The position numbers were made by a program, and so were the translations under genes. A DNA stretch of 64,000 bases from Candidatus Kapaibacterium sp. (GTDB taxonomy: Bacteria > Bacteroidota > Ignavibacteria > Palsa-1295): positions 1,513 to 65,512 of the forward strand of contig JBBSDW010000002.1 in the NCBI GenBank assembly GCA_038240295.1, given 5' to 3'. The notes below the pieces were generated by a model. It ran no database searches. It had not been told where the DNA came from and saw only the letters and a list, made by a program, of their open reading frames with translations. The first letter of the stretch is position 1. Each line of letters opens with the position of its first letter. Shown piece after piece: positions 1 through 10,403 of the stretch.

Positions 1-57
1 GCGCAAAAAATGGGACGTGCGGTGTATTCTCGAGATCGATCCAGATCTTCGGCATGC

Positions 58-1191
58 TCAGATGTTTGCGGGCCTCGTGATTTCAGCAAGCGCGCGGAAC
101 ATCCACGCGTTCGACCAGCGCATGTACGCGATTCGGTTCGTATACCGAGGATGCACCTGATAGTAAAAATATCCTTTTTCAGATCCAAGTAACTCGATCG
201 AGCGCTCCGCAACTTTCGTCGCCAGCGCGCGATCTCCGAAGGTAAGCAGCGTCAGGATGCACTGTGCGGCACTGTGAGCATCGATCGGATACGTGCGCTG
301 ATAATAATAGCGCGGCAGGGCGTCCGGAGTGATGAAATTTTTTCGAAAATTCTCAAAGCCTCGCTGTGCTGAATCCTTGATTTGAGCATCGTTCGTCAAT
401 GCCGAAATTCGCTCGAGCGAGCAGATAACGAAGCCGGTATGAAACGAGTCGATCCAGGTCTGAGAGGGTTCGAGCCCATATTTCCAGAGTCCCGTTTCGT
501 CCTGATAATGTACGACAAACGCTGCCGCTCGATTGGCCAGGCGGAGATATTCCTCATTTCGCTTCAGCGCACCAACCCGTGCGATAAGCTCTGCTCCGAG
601 AAGCGAAGCATTGAAGACGACCTGCGAATCATTCGGACCATATCCGAAGGCGATGCCAAAATTCGATTCAAACCGTGGAATGTCGCACAGCATGAATTCG
701 ACAGAGCGTTCGGCCGCAGCGAGCAATGTTGGATCCTGCTCGAAGTCATACAGATCGAGCAGTGCGTTGGCAACGAAGGCCGTCGCCACGATTGTCGGAC
801 CATCGGCCGGTACAAAGTGGGTTCGCGATTGCCAGGCGAAGGGATAGCCCCATGCGTATTTTTCGTTTTTGAGTAACCGAGCCGCGAGCGCTTTCGAAGT
901 TGCGAGCCAATCGGGAGCAGCAAGCTCCTTTGCTTTCACGAGTCCCGAAAGAAAAAGCGCGAGGCCTTTCGGATTTTCCTGCGAAGGTACCCCGAGCATT
1001 GTATGCAGATTTACCGGCGATCGCCGGCCCAACTGCAACAGCACGAGCCGAGCAGGCGAGGGCATTGAACCCACGACGCTTCGGACGAGCGGAGATTCAA
1101 GGAGGTCATGCGGATCGTGTCCGCGAAAATCCTTCGACCTTGCCCATGCAAAAAGTCGTGTTAATCGATCAAGAAAGAGGGTCTGCTCCAC
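58..1191 (-). CDS. Hypothetical protein, (alpha/alpha)6 six-hairpin glycosidase-like fold suspected
   Basis: 377-aa ORF. Scattered aromatic and acidic motifs (WGYPFAW, YDFEQD, WKYG) resemble six-hairpin glycoside-hydrolase or polysaccharide-modifying proteins. No signal peptide is evident. Confidence 0.45.
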   Translation of the reverse strand: MEQTLFLDRLTRLFAWARSKDFRGHDPHDLLESPLVRSVVGSMPSPARLVLLQLGRRSPVNLHTMLGVPSQENPKGLALFLSGLVKAKELAAPDWLATSKALAARLLKNEKYAWGYPFAWQSRTHFVPADGPTIVATAFVANALLDLYDFEQDPTLLAAAERSVEFMLCDIPRFESNFGIAFGYGPNDSQVVFNASLLGAELIARVGALKRNEEYLRLANRAAAFVVHYQDETGLWKYGLEPSQTWIDSFHTGFVICSLERISALTNDAQIKDSAQRGFENFRKNFITPDALPRYYYQRTYPIDAHSAAQCILTLLTFGDRALATKVAERSIELLGSEKGYFYYQVHPRYTNRIAYMRWSNAWMFRALAEITRPANI

Positions 1192-1404
1192 GCAAAAACT
1201 TGGCTCTGGAAGTTCTTAAAATGAGTGCCTGTTTGGCAATTGAGTTTTCTTCAGCCCTGTAAAACTACGATTATTTCACGCCTCGCGCCGAACATTAGGT
1301 TAGCTTCGTATCGCAATAAACAATGAAATTTTCGAGGCAATGCTCAGGGACCCAAATGAACTCTCCCTGGAACTGACCTTCGAGCCAAAAGGCAAAACGA
1401 AAGA

Positions 1405-1839
1405 ATGAACCGCTACACCCCGGATCAGATTGAAGTGTTGGAGCCAAGTGAAATCTTTGTTTTTGGCTCCAACAACATCGGCCACCACGCCGGCGGCGCT
1501 GCCCGACAGGCTCTTGAGCAGTTCGGTGCCATTCAAGGCCAGGCAGAAGGGATACAGGGACAATCGTACGCTATCCCTACGATCGCTTTCGATGGCAGAC
1601 CGGTCACCCTGGACAACATAGCGGCCAGCGTCGAAACATTCATGCGCTTTGCTACTGATCATCCGGATCTAAAATTTCTCGTAACCAAGATCGGCTGCGG
1701 AATAGCGGGGTGGTCCGAGAAGGCTATCGGCAGCGTTTTTCAGAATCGTTTTATCCCACCGAACGTATGGCTGCCGGAGAGTTTCGTCAAGGATGTCGAT
1801 GCGGCCAAATCCGACGAGAACGTTGAATATTCGAGTTGA
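1405..1839 (+). CDS. Conserved hypothetical small protein with FGSN..GHHAGGAA motif, possibly a Rossmann/SLOG-like nucleotide-binding fold
   Basis: 144-aa ORF with a glycine-rich nucleotide-binding-like motif (VFGSNNIGHHAGGAA) followed by AIPT and GCGIAGW motifs. It diverges from the preceding gene. Confidence 0.5.
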   Translation: MNRYTPDQIEVLEPSEIFVFGSNNIGHHAGGAARQALEQFGAIQGQAEGIQGQSYAIPTIAFDGRPVTLDNIAASVETFMRFATDHPDLKFLVTKIGCGIAGWSEKAIGSVFQNRFIPPNVWLPESFVKDVDAAKSDENVEYSS

Positions 1840-2043
1840 AAAGCTTGAGGAGGTCCTCTGCGGCGGTTCACGTTGCAGCGTGTCCGGGCAACCGAGAAAG
1901 TCCGAGGCAAAGATGAGCAACAAATATTTCACAGCGCTTGCCGAACTTTAGCTCACTTTCGTGTCTATAGAGTAAGTATAATTTGTGTTGAACCTGTCCG
2001 TGCTTAAATGCTTCCAGCGACTTCGCTTATGAGAACTTGTGCA

Positions 2044-5000
2044 ATGAAATGCCTGATCGTTATCTTTTTGTGCTTTACTTCGACCGCCATTTTTGGGCAG
2101 TCGACAAACCGGCGTGGTAGTGGCGTCACGCGGGGGAATGCGAGAACGCAGTTTCAGGTCGTCGATTCCGATGACAATCTCGACATTGCTCCCGTCTATA
2201 ATTTCGTCGATACGGCGTTTGGAACCTGGACGCGCATCAGTACTTTCACCGGCGGCACCGATGACGGTTATGCGTTCCTTCCTGCGAGCACTCCGGCCAG
2301 CGCGATCCAGTGGTATCAGTTTAACGCGCATCTGACGACGACAGCGGCAAACCGGCCCTATGTAACCACCAACGGATTTATTGCTCTCGACACGATGTAC
2401 CGAGGCATGGCTGGCGGGAATGGAGTCTTTAATTCTCCGGCAAATCAGGCGCTCCCGACCACAACCCTGCCTCAGGTCCCGGCAGTCGCCGCGCTTTGGG
2501 CAGACTGCGAACTTCGCACGAGCGGTGATTCTTCAAAGATCTTTGTGCGCACCACCACCGATTCCTGCTACATCACCTATTATAACCTTGCGCTCAAGGG
2601 TACCAATGGGAAGATTCGCGCAACATTTCAAGTTGCCTTCACCAGTAACGACACATCGGTAACGATCAACTACAAATCGTTCGACGGTTCGATCCAGGGT
2701 ATCTCTGCTGCGCAGATCTGGCAAAAGCACGCGACGATCGGGGTGCAAAACAGCTACGCATCGCTCGCGACGAATTACCTCGATCGCGGGCGCTATTACG
2801 CAACCGGTACGAGCTCTACAACCACGCAGAACCTTCATAATCAATTGGCGGTGAAGTTCATCCGCCGCCAGCAGAACTTGATCCAGGTGATCTCGATCAA
2901 CAATCCTCCTTACGAACATTACGAACTTGGCGGTAACACGATGGCACCGAGCATCACGGTTGAAAATCTGACCGATACCAGCCAGATGGTCTATTTCCAA
3001 AACACGGTCAAGAATCTCGGCACCGGTATCACGGTCTATTCACGTCAGGATAGTCTGCTTGTTCTTGGTAATTCGCAGGGCACGCTGGTGGGCTCTACGA
3101 TGGCAGCGATCGCGTTTGGCAGTTATCGACTTACGACAACCATCACGGATCCCAAGATCGGGCCCGATGTCTGGACGGCCGATAATACACTGTCCCGCAC
3201 CTTTTGCTATTTTCAATCGGCCACGAGCGGGGGACTCTTTGAAGATTTCACCAACGGTATCAACTATGCCGTGTGGTCTCCAGTGGGTGCAAAAGCAGTT
3301 CGGGACGATTCGGTGATGTACGATCCGATCGCTCCTCGCTCAGCAACGACCGGCGCGTTACTGCTCGACCGTCGCGACATCGACGGAAATTATTACAACG
3401 TCCAGGGCGCCGGAGATACAATGTCGAGTGCACCACTCAATCTATCCGGTCTCAACACGGTCTATTTAACGTTCAGCTATCAGCGCGGAGTTAAAACCGA
3501 TAGTTCACAAGCCGGAATCATGAACCGCATCTTGAGCGGTCCGGAACGTACGATCACCGGCGCATCGGGAGTGATCCAGCAAGGAGATTCACTCGTGATC
3601 GAAGCGATTCAAAGTAGCTCGGTAACGCTCAACCCGACGTCGTGGGTGCAGATCGGCGTGATCGACGGCGGGCTCGATTTTGCTCCGCAGCAGTATCGAA
3701 TTCTGCTCGGCTCTGCTTACCTACACGATCACTTCCGTTTCCGCTTTCGCCTGAAAGCCCATGACAACTCTCCGGCCTTCGGATTACCTGTCGACGATGA
3801 CGATAGCTGGGTCATCGATGGTGTTCAAGTCTTCGGTACCACGAGCAAGACCGACCTTGCAGTACTGGGGGCTGATCTCGGCAATGGTATCTACACGCAC
3901 ATTCCACGCAGCGTCAATGGCCTGACGCCGCATGTTCACATCGCGAACAACGGTACTTTCGTCACCAGCGCCGTCTACGTTGCGCGCATGGTCATCAAGG
4001 ATCAGCTTAACCGAATCGTTTACTTCCGGACGGAATCGTTTACGCTTCCTGTATCTCGCGCTGATTCGACGATTGCGATGCCGATCTGGCCGATCGCCGG
4101 AAGTCAGGGTGGGACGTTCTCGGTCTACGTGGCGCTCGAACAGCTTATCTTCGATTACAACCACGGCAACGACACGAATACCTTCACGCGGAAGATGTAC
4201 ATCGACGATGTCTATGCGATCGATGATGCCTCCCCCGATACCGTCGGCTCACTGACCGCCGCGCACAATGAGTTTTATTATGACTTCACTCCGTTTGCCA
4301 GTGATTCGTTGCGTGGTACCGATTTTTACATGCTCAGCCAGTTCGGCGGGACCATGAGCTGGAATCTCGCTATTAAGCGCGATACGACGACGATCGCGAA
4401 CCGCGCTTTCGGCGCTACTTCCACAACCGCAGGTTTCGTGCGAGGCTCGTTCACGCCGGTCTATCTGACGGCGGGCACCACCTATCGGTTGCATTATACC
4501 GAGACTGCCGGGCCGGCGCTTGGAGGCGATGCATCGAAGGCGCTGGTATGGCCTACCCCCGATAACACGGCCTATCAGGCCCTGCACCCCGAGATCGATA
4601 CGAATTTTTATGAGCCAGGTCAGGTCAACTATGTGACGTCCGCAAGCACGACCAATGGATCTTCCGGTGGCTTGTCACTGCCGATGTTCCGGTTAGTCTA
4701 TACAGGTTCGAGTACCTACCTTCCTGTGGAGCTGGTCAATTTCTCGGGTGCGAGATTGATGAATGGCAATGCAAGACTTGACTGGAAGACTGCGAAGGAA
4801 GAGAATGTTTTTGAATTCTCGATCGAGCGCCAGGCAGGTTCCGATTGGCTCGACATCGGTTCGAGCCTTCCGAAGCCGGGACCGAACGGCGGCCTCTATT
4901 CGCTCGTAGATCCCTCGGCTCCGGCGGGCGAAGTTACCTACCGGCTTACCGAGCATGACCTTAACGGAAGCTCGCATGCGCTCGGTACCGTTACAATCAA

Positions 5001-5259
5001 CGGAGCAAATGCCGCTGCGGCCGAAATGACGCTCTATCCGAACCCATCGACAGGAGTTGTTCGCATCGACCTGCAGGGTATCGGGAGCCCCGAAAGCGTG
5101 AGGGTTATCGATCTACTTGGCAGAGTGATCTTTGAGGATCGCGCGATATCGGGAGGTATCTACCAGCTTGATGCATCCAGATTCGCAAATGGGATGTATC
5201 AGATCGAGGTTGCAACGCCGGCAGGCGTTCAGCGCAAACCGTTGACGCTGGTTCGTTAA
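2044..5259 (+). CDS. Large secreted protein carrying a type IX secretion C-terminal sorting domain (T9SS cargo)
   Basis: ORF 2008..5259. An internal Met gives the signal peptide MKCLIVIFLCFTSTAIFGQ. The C-terminus (LYPNPSTGVVRIDL...GMYQIEVATPAGVQRKPLTLVR) is typical of a Por/T9SS sorting domain. Confidence 0.8.
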   Translation: MKCLIVIFLCFTSTAIFGQSTNRRGSGVTRGNARTQFQVVDSDDNLDIAPVYNFVDTAFGTWTRISTFTGGTDDGYAFLPASTPASAIQWYQFNAHLTTTAANRPYVTTNGFIALDTMYRGMAGGNGVFNSPANQALPTTTLPQVPAVAALWADCELRTSGDSSKIFVRTTTDSCYITYYNLALKGTNGKIRATFQVAFTSNDTSVTINYKSFDGSIQGISAAQIWQKHATIGVQNSYASLATNYLDRGRYYATGTSSTTTQNLHNQLAVKFIRRQQNLIQVISINNPPYEHYELGGNTMAPSITVENLTDTSQMVYFQNTVKNLGTGITVYSRQDSLLVLGNSQGTLVGSTMAAIAFGSYRLTTTITDPKIGPDVWTADNTLSRTFCYFQSATSGGLFEDFTNGINYAVWSPVGAKAVRDDSVMYDPIAPRSATTGALLLDRRDIDGNYYNVQGAGDTMSSAPLNLSGLNTVYLTFSYQRGVKTDSSQAGIMNRILSGPERTITGASGVIQQGDSLVIEAIQSSSVTLNPTSWVQIGVIDGGLDFAPQQYRILLGSAYLHDHFRFRFRLKAHDNSPAFGLPVDDDDSWVIDGVQVFGTTSKTDLAVLGADLGNGIYTHIPRSVNGLTPHVHIANNGTFVTSAVYVARMVIKDQLNRIVYFRTESFTLPVSRADSTIAMPIWPIAGSQGGTFSVYVALEQLIFDYNHGNDTNTFTRKMYIDDVYAIDDASPDTVGSLTAAHNEFYYDFTPFASDSLRGTDFYMLSQFGGTMSWNLAIKRDTTTIANRAFGATSTTAGFVRGSFTPVYLTAGTTYRLHYTETAGPALGGDASKALVWPTPDNTAYQALHPEIDTNFYEPGQVNYVTSASTTNGSSGGLSLPMFRLVYTGSSTYLPVELVNFSGARLMNGNARLDWKTAKEENVFEFSIERQAGSDWLDIGSSLPKPGPNGGLYSLVDPSAPAGEVTYRLTEHDLNGSSHALGTVTINGANAAAAEMTLYPNPSTGVVRIDLQGIGSPESVRVIDLLGRVIFEDRAISGGIYQLDASRFANGMYQIEVATPAGVQRKPLTLVR

Positions 5260-5356
5260 CGAAGAACCCGATCGGCGATCGGGCGGTGTAACAACATCGC
5301 GTGCGTTTGGTTATTCTATGCAGGGGCCGAGTTTCTCGGGCCCTGTTCTACCCTAT

Positions 5357-7867
5357 ATGAGAAAGTTCAGGATTGTTGTTTTCTTTGTTCTTCTCGCGAT
5401 TTGCGGATCGGTCGTTTCGGTTAGCGCACAGCAGCTGCCTCTCGCCGGTACACGTTTTTCTTTTGCCATCATCGAAGGGCCCGATAGCCTCGGGAGCACG
5501 CAGGAACAACTGACTTCCGACCTGATCCTGAGCGTAGTCAGCGATAGTTCGGGTTGCGGCATTATTTTCTCACCGAGTGGGTATCAGCAGAATTTTTCGT
5601 TCAATTCGCGGTCCGTCACGACCGTCTATCTCGATCACTCACTCATGCTCCTTTCCGACGACGGAAAATCGAACAAAGCAATTCTCATATCGACGTCGCA
5701 GCCTGTTACCATGAATCTTCATGACTACGCACCCGCCGCCGGAGATGCAACCCAGTTATTGCCGGACAACGCGCTTGACACATCCTACATCGTGGCTTCG
5801 TGGGGTATTTTCAATGATATCCAGGAAGATAACCACACCGAATTTGTCGTCACGGCGACCTCGAATAACACATCGGTCACGATAACACCAACCGTAAAAA
5901 CGTTACTCGGCCAGCCTGCGGGGCAACCATTCACGATAACGCTCGATCGTGGCGAGTGCTACATCGTCAAAGCCGACGCAAGAAGTTTTCCAGCAAATAC
6001 CTCGCTCGTCGAATCTCGCATTTCGTCCGATAAACCCGTGAGCGTTGTCACAGGTCTTACATGTGCGTATAATCCGCTCGGTGTTGAGTCGTGCAATGAA
6101 CTCATGGACGAACTCATCCCACGATCGGCCTGGGGGACGGACTTCAACGTGCGAACGCTCAGTCCTTTCAATGACGAGGATATCATCTTTATTACGAGCG
6201 ACGTTAAAAATTATTCGGTGGTCGTTACGGGCGGCATTACCTATTTTACGAACAACGGACATCTTTCGATACCAATAACGCAGCCCGAGCATTTTATTGC
6301 AAGCGTTCCGGTTCAATGCCACGAACTCACGGAAGGCTCGAACACGGTATTCACTGGGGAGAGCGATCCGAGCATGGTGACGATCCTTCCCATTCAGCAA
6401 TATCGCGATACCCTTCTATGGGCGACCCCCGATCTGCCTGACGTTAGAATGATGCCGGCATTCCTCGATCATTATATAACCCTCGTCTATCCAACGGCCG
6501 TCCAGTCGCAGGTATTGCTCGATGGTACGCCGATCACGAATCTTGGTCAGATCGATCTGGTCCCCAGAACCACTTTTTCATCTGCGGCAATCGGGATTTT
6601 GCCAGGACGCCATACACTGACTTCTCCGCAGCCAATTTTTGGGGTAGCGACCGGTTTTTCGACCGCCGATGCCTACACACTCGTTGCCGGTTCTGTCGCT
6701 GCTGCCGTTTCGAATACTGTCAAAAAGATTGATTCTCGTATTGTGCCTGTCGACAGCGAAATATTCTGCCGGGAATTTTCGGTGAGCCTGATGACCGATT
6801 CTACGTTGAGCGCCGGAGATGACATCAGTACTCTCTCGCTCCGCATCGGCTACGATGCGGCAAATTTGCAGTTACGCCGAGTCACACTCGCCGGTTCGAT
6901 CACGAATGGTAACACGGTGGTGGTCGATTCTTCAGTCCTCGGTCTGATCACTATTACAGTCACCATCGCACCCGAAGCTACTATTTTGATTTTACCAGGG
7001 GAGCTTTGTAGCGTGACGTTTACCGCCATCGATCCTCAGCGAACTCCAACCACCATCTACGATACCTGTATTTCAACTTCGATCTTCGCGTGTCTGCAGC
7101 CCGACTCGACCGAGGACGCACTTCGCATTGCGCCGATCGCGAAGATCGACACCCTACATGTTGGGTTGACGATCGATGCTGGAAGCGCGACGCTCGGAAA
7201 TCTCGATACCGCTACCATCTCGATCAGTGCCCTTTCGCGTACGACGGCCGTTAAGTCATTCAGCCTCCTGCTCGATTACAATCATGATATTCTGAGCTAT
7301 GGCTCGTATGAGATAATAGGCACACAGGTCGGTAGCTGGAACGTGGTTCGCGACAGCGTCGACACTCATACGGACCGGTTTACTTTTTCAACAATAACCG
7401 ATTCGCTCGAAGGTCCGGGCGCATTACTTCGCGTCTTTTTCAAAAGCAAGGTTAGCGATTCGGCTACGGCGCTCATCAAAGTATCGAGCACGCTTACGAA
7501 TACGCGATGGTGCCCGCTCTCGGTCAGTACGCCGGACGCCGAAGGGTTATTCCTCGGTAAGGATCTCTGTGGCGACCCAGAAATACATGCGGCGATCCTG
7601 CGGACAGCGATGACGCTCTCATCGATCATCCCAAATCCCGCAAAAAATTCGTTCTATATCAATGTGATGTCTCCAATGGAACAGGATGCTCGTCTCGATA
7701 TCATCGATATTCTTGGTCGAACCGTCTGGTCGAACCCTTCTATTCATCTTGGCTTGGGGAGTCAAAAATTGACGATTTCGAGTACAGAATTGACATCGGG
7801 GCGCTATATTGTGCGTCTGCAAAGCCAGTTCGGCAGCCAAAGCCGATTGCTGGAAATCGCCAGATGA
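5357..7867 (+). CDS. Large secreted protein with a cohesin-like region and a T9SS C-terminal sorting domain
   Basis: ORF 5318..7867. Signal peptide MRKFRIVVFFVLLAICGSVVSVSAQQ. The C-terminus (IIPNPAKNSFYINV...GRYIVRLQSQFGSQSRLLEIAR) is T9SS-sorting-like. Confidence 0.8.
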   Translation: MRKFRIVVFFVLLAICGSVVSVSAQQLPLAGTRFSFAIIEGPDSLGSTQEQLTSDLILSVVSDSSGCGIIFSPSGYQQNFSFNSRSVTTVYLDHSLMLLSDDGKSNKAILISTSQPVTMNLHDYAPAAGDATQLLPDNALDTSYIVASWGIFNDIQEDNHTEFVVTATSNNTSVTITPTVKTLLGQPAGQPFTITLDRGECYIVKADARSFPANTSLVESRISSDKPVSVVTGLTCAYNPLGVESCNELMDELIPRSAWGTDFNVRTLSPFNDEDIIFITSDVKNYSVVVTGGITYFTNNGHLSIPITQPEHFIASVPVQCHELTEGSNTVFTGESDPSMVTILPIQQYRDTLLWATPDLPDVRMMPAFLDHYITLVYPTAVQSQVLLDGTPITNLGQIDLVPRTTFSSAAIGILPGRHTLTSPQPIFGVATGFSTADAYTLVAGSVAAAVSNTVKKIDSRIVPVDSEIFCREFSVSLMTDSTLSAGDDISTLSLRIGYDAANLQLRRVTLAGSITNGNTVVVDSSVLGLITITVTIAPEATILILPGELCSVTFTAIDPQRTPTTIYDTCISTSIFACLQPDSTEDALRIAPIAKIDTLHVGLTIDAGSATLGNLDTATISISALSRTTAVKSFSLLLDYNHDILSYGSYEIIGTQVGSWNVVRDSVDTHTDRFTFSTITDSLEGPGALLRVFFKSKVSDSATALIKVSSTLTNTRWCPLSVSTPDAEGLFLGKDLCGDPEIHAAILRTAMTLSSIIPNPAKNSFYINVMSPMEQDARLDIIDILGRTVWSNPSIHLGLGSQKLTISSTELTSGRYIVRLQSQFGSQSRLLEIAR

Positions 7868-7913
7868 GCCATGAGGGTGTAACTGTGGCCTTCGGGTGGT
7901 GTTAATAAGATAG

Positions 7914-8753
7914 ATGTCAACGATCTCGCTTGTGCTGTCGCGCTCAATGGAAGGTGAGGAATCACCTGCTGGACGGGTGCGTGGGAAAAAGTCGTTTACA
8001 ACACCAACGAGTTTCGAGCGAACGTCTGCGGCTCGCTTGACTCCTTCCGTTCTGGATGAGCCCGAATACGTAGCTTCGGTACCAATCGAACAAGTGGCAG
8101 CCGAACCTCTGACCAGAAACGATCGATCGGGCGCACGCTCGGATGTCGATCTGTTGCACGCATTTCAGGCCGGTGACGAGCATGCCTTTGCCGAGCTTTA
8201 TACTCGCCGCAAGCGTGAAATTTATACGTTCTGCGTACGAATGCTGAGCGGCGACCGCGATCTGGCGAGTGATGCATTTCAGGAGACGTTCATCAAAGTT
8301 TACGAGAAAGCTGAATCCTTTCGTTCGGGATCGAACGTAATGGGCTGGCTTTTTATGATCGCCCGGAACACCTGTCTCAATCTGCACCGATCGAAACGGA
8401 CGAGCGAGGCACTCGAAGATCAGCCGTTACTGGTCTCGAACGATCGAAGCCTCGGCCCCGAGTATGGGGAAGAGCAACATTTTTTGCGTGAGTTATTAGA
8501 GAATGCGATCGCGACACTTCCAGAAGAATTTCGTGAGCCATTCATCATGCGTGAATTCGATGGTTTCTCCTACGGAGAAATTGCCGACGTCACCCATACC
8601 ACACTCGCCACGACGAAAGTCCGGATCTACCGGGCAAAACAACGGCTTCGCGAATTGCTTCGGCCCTATCTCCAGGACGATGCCAATTCGGGCTTAAGTA
8701 ATTTAATAGATCATCAACACTTCGGAGAAGGCTCTGAGGAGGATAGACCATGA
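7914..8753 (+). CDS. ECF-type RNA polymerase sigma-70 factor; start uncertain, possible N-terminal extension
   Basis: Sigma70 region 2 (FQAGDEHAFAELYTRRKREIYTFCVRML...GWLFMIARNTCLNLHR) and region 4 (LPEEFREPFIMREFDGFSYGEIADV...KVRIYRAKQRLRELL). Its stop overlaps the start of the next gene. Confidence 0.85.
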   Translation: MSTISLVLSRSMEGEESPAGRVRGKKSFTTPTSFERTSAARLTPSVLDEPEYVASVPIEQVAAEPLTRNDRSGARSDVDLLHAFQAGDEHAFAELYTRRKREIYTFCVRMLSGDRDLASDAFQETFIKVYEKAESFRSGSNVMGWLFMIARNTCLNLHRSKRTSEALEDQPLLVSNDRSLGPEYGEEQHFLRELLENAIATLPEEFREPFIMREFDGFSYGEIADVTHTTLATTKVRIYRAKQRLRELLRPYLQDDANSGLSNLIDHQHFGEGSEEDRP

Positions 8754-10396
8754 TATTCGAAGATAAGATTTTAGCGTATTTGGATGGTTCGCTCGATGAG
8801 GCTTCACGGGCGGAGTTGCTGCATACGCTCAGCGTGAGTCCGGAAAAGCGCGCGGTGCTCGAAGAGCATCTGCGTTTGCGCGAATTAATGTCGTTCGGCC
8901 ATAAGCCGCTCAACGTGCCGGTGCTCGCAGAACGTGCGCTTGCCCGACGCATCGCGGTGCTCGGTGAAGAGATGCCACATCTTGTCGAAGATGTTACCGC
9001 CTTCACGACTGCTGGCTGGATGGCCGGCGCCCTCCAGGCACTTCGCTCGGTTGTTTCATTGTCGTCGGTGCGGTTTGGCGCCGGAATCGTTGCGGTTGGT
9101 GCGATCTTATGGCTTTCGACTGCGCACAACAACAATTCGGCAACCCATCTACCAAACGAACATCGTAGTGCGGGTCAGTCGCAGAACCTCACGAAGGGAA
9201 GTTCACTCGCAGATAATGCGACGACACCCCAATCGTCCAATGGCATCGGTGCCAATCTTTCTGACCCAAATAGAAATTCCGAAAGCGCTCAGATGATCGG
9301 CGGAGAATCCGATCAGCAGGTTGCTGCGCTGCGTCTGAATGTTGCGCCTGCTGGCGGATCTCATTCATCGAATCAACGCACACGCGCAATTTCACAGTTG
9401 CCGGACCAAGCGTCGCGAGATCAGGATTCGCATCGTTCGACCAATAGTGCACACTCGAATAAATCTTTAACTGAGCTCGAATCATCGGCATCACTGAAGG
9501 ATGCAGCGACACCGGGCATTCAAAAGGATAACGTTAGTTCGCATGGAGCAGGCCGCAATGCCGCTGCCGAAAATGCGGCTCTCGAAAATACTGCGGATCA
9601 AAATGCTACGAACGCAAGCGGGATAAATCAGGATGCTTCTTCAGGAAGCCAATCTGAAATGGTCGCTGCTATCAATTCCAATCCGCGCATTCGCAATGCA
9701 GAAGTTCCGAGCTTTACGCTGCAGGATCTCTCGAACGCCCAGAACAGTCTTACTCGCCGGCCGATACGATATGAGCCCGAGGAGCCTTCTTCCTTCGCCG
9801 GTAGATTTTCAGCATGGGTCGGCTATGGCGTAGGACAAAGCTATGGAGCTACGCTTGCAGGAAACCTTGCAAGCAATTCAGGAATCCAAAGCGCTCCTGT
9901 ACTGGGACTCAATTACCGCGTTGGCGATCTTTTCTCGTTCGGTGTTGAATCAGGATCTGGCAATTATTCGAGGATCGCATCGAGCGTTAAAGCGATCGCG
10001 CTGACAGACCAACCGCACGTTTATCAGGTGCAATACTCGGCTTCCGTTCTTGCACAATCCACACGCTGGATTCGCGGCACCTTCGGGCTTAACCTGCTGA
10101 CCGTCGACAAAGTCCACATCGGTACGAACTTCGGCGGCGGCATGACACTTAGCGGTGGGAGCGCTCCAATGATCTCCGGTTCGGCGATAGCGACGTACGA
10201 TCTTTTCGAAAACATCGGACTAAATGCGCAGCTTACGTACAGCGGTGTATGGCTTAAGCCGCTTGCACCAGCCGATTGGCGCACTCAGATCACCAACGGA
10301 AGTGCTGCGGTCGGGATCCTGAGCGATCCTGTTGGTTCGCGTACGCTCTTCACGCCTGCGCTCGATCTCTTCGTAGGGCTTCGTTACACATTCTGA
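8750..10396 (+). CDS. Anti-sigma factor with one transmembrane helix, a long low-complexity linker and a C-terminal beta-barrel-like domain
   Basis: ATGA overlap with the sigma gene. The N-terminus (ILAYLDGSLDEASRAELLHTLSVSPEKRAVLEEHLRLRELM) is anti-sigma-like and lacks a zinc-finger motif. TM helix at residues ~90-120. A ~250-aa Ser/Asn/Ala/Gln-rich linker follows. The last ~200 aa alternate hydrophobic and polar residues in strand-like runs and end ...LFVGLRYTF, a C-terminal Phe signature of outer-membrane beta-barrels. Confidence 0.7.
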   Translation: MIFEDKILAYLDGSLDEASRAELLHTLSVSPEKRAVLEEHLRLRELMSFGHKPLNVPVLAERALARRIAVLGEEMPHLVEDVTAFTTAGWMAGALQALRSVVSLSSVRFGAGIVAVGAILWLSTAHNNNSATHLPNEHRSAGQSQNLTKGSSLADNATTPQSSNGIGANLSDPNRNSESAQMIGGESDQQVAALRLNVAPAGGSHSSNQRTRAISQLPDQASRDQDSHRSTNSAHSNKSLTELESSASLKDAATPGIQKDNVSSHGAGRNAAAENAALENTADQNATNASGINQDASSGSQSEMVAAINSNPRIRNAEVPSFTLQDLSNAQNSLTRRPIRYEPEEPSSFAGRFSAWVGYGVGQSYGATLAGNLASNSGIQSAPVLGLNYRVGDLFSFGVESGSGNYSRIASSVKAIALTDQPHVYQVQYSASVLAQSTRWIRGTFGLNLLTVDKVHIGTNFGGGMTLSGGSAPMISGSAIATYDLFENIGLNAQLTYSGVWLKPLAPADWRTQITNGSAAVGILSDPVGSRTLFTPALDLFVGLRYTF

Positions 10397-10403
10397 TCTG
10401 GGC

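Noticed and set aside
382-1262. Several 100-165-aa ORFs on the plus strand inside the 58-1191 minus-strand gene
   Set aside because: They overlap a longer ORF with coherent protein-like composition, and are Arg/Ser-rich antisense products of high-GC coding sequence.
5903-6400. 165-aa minus-strand ORF inside the second T9SS cargo gene
   Set aside because: Antisense to a long ORF that has a signal peptide and a T9SS C-terminal domain. It shows no motifs.
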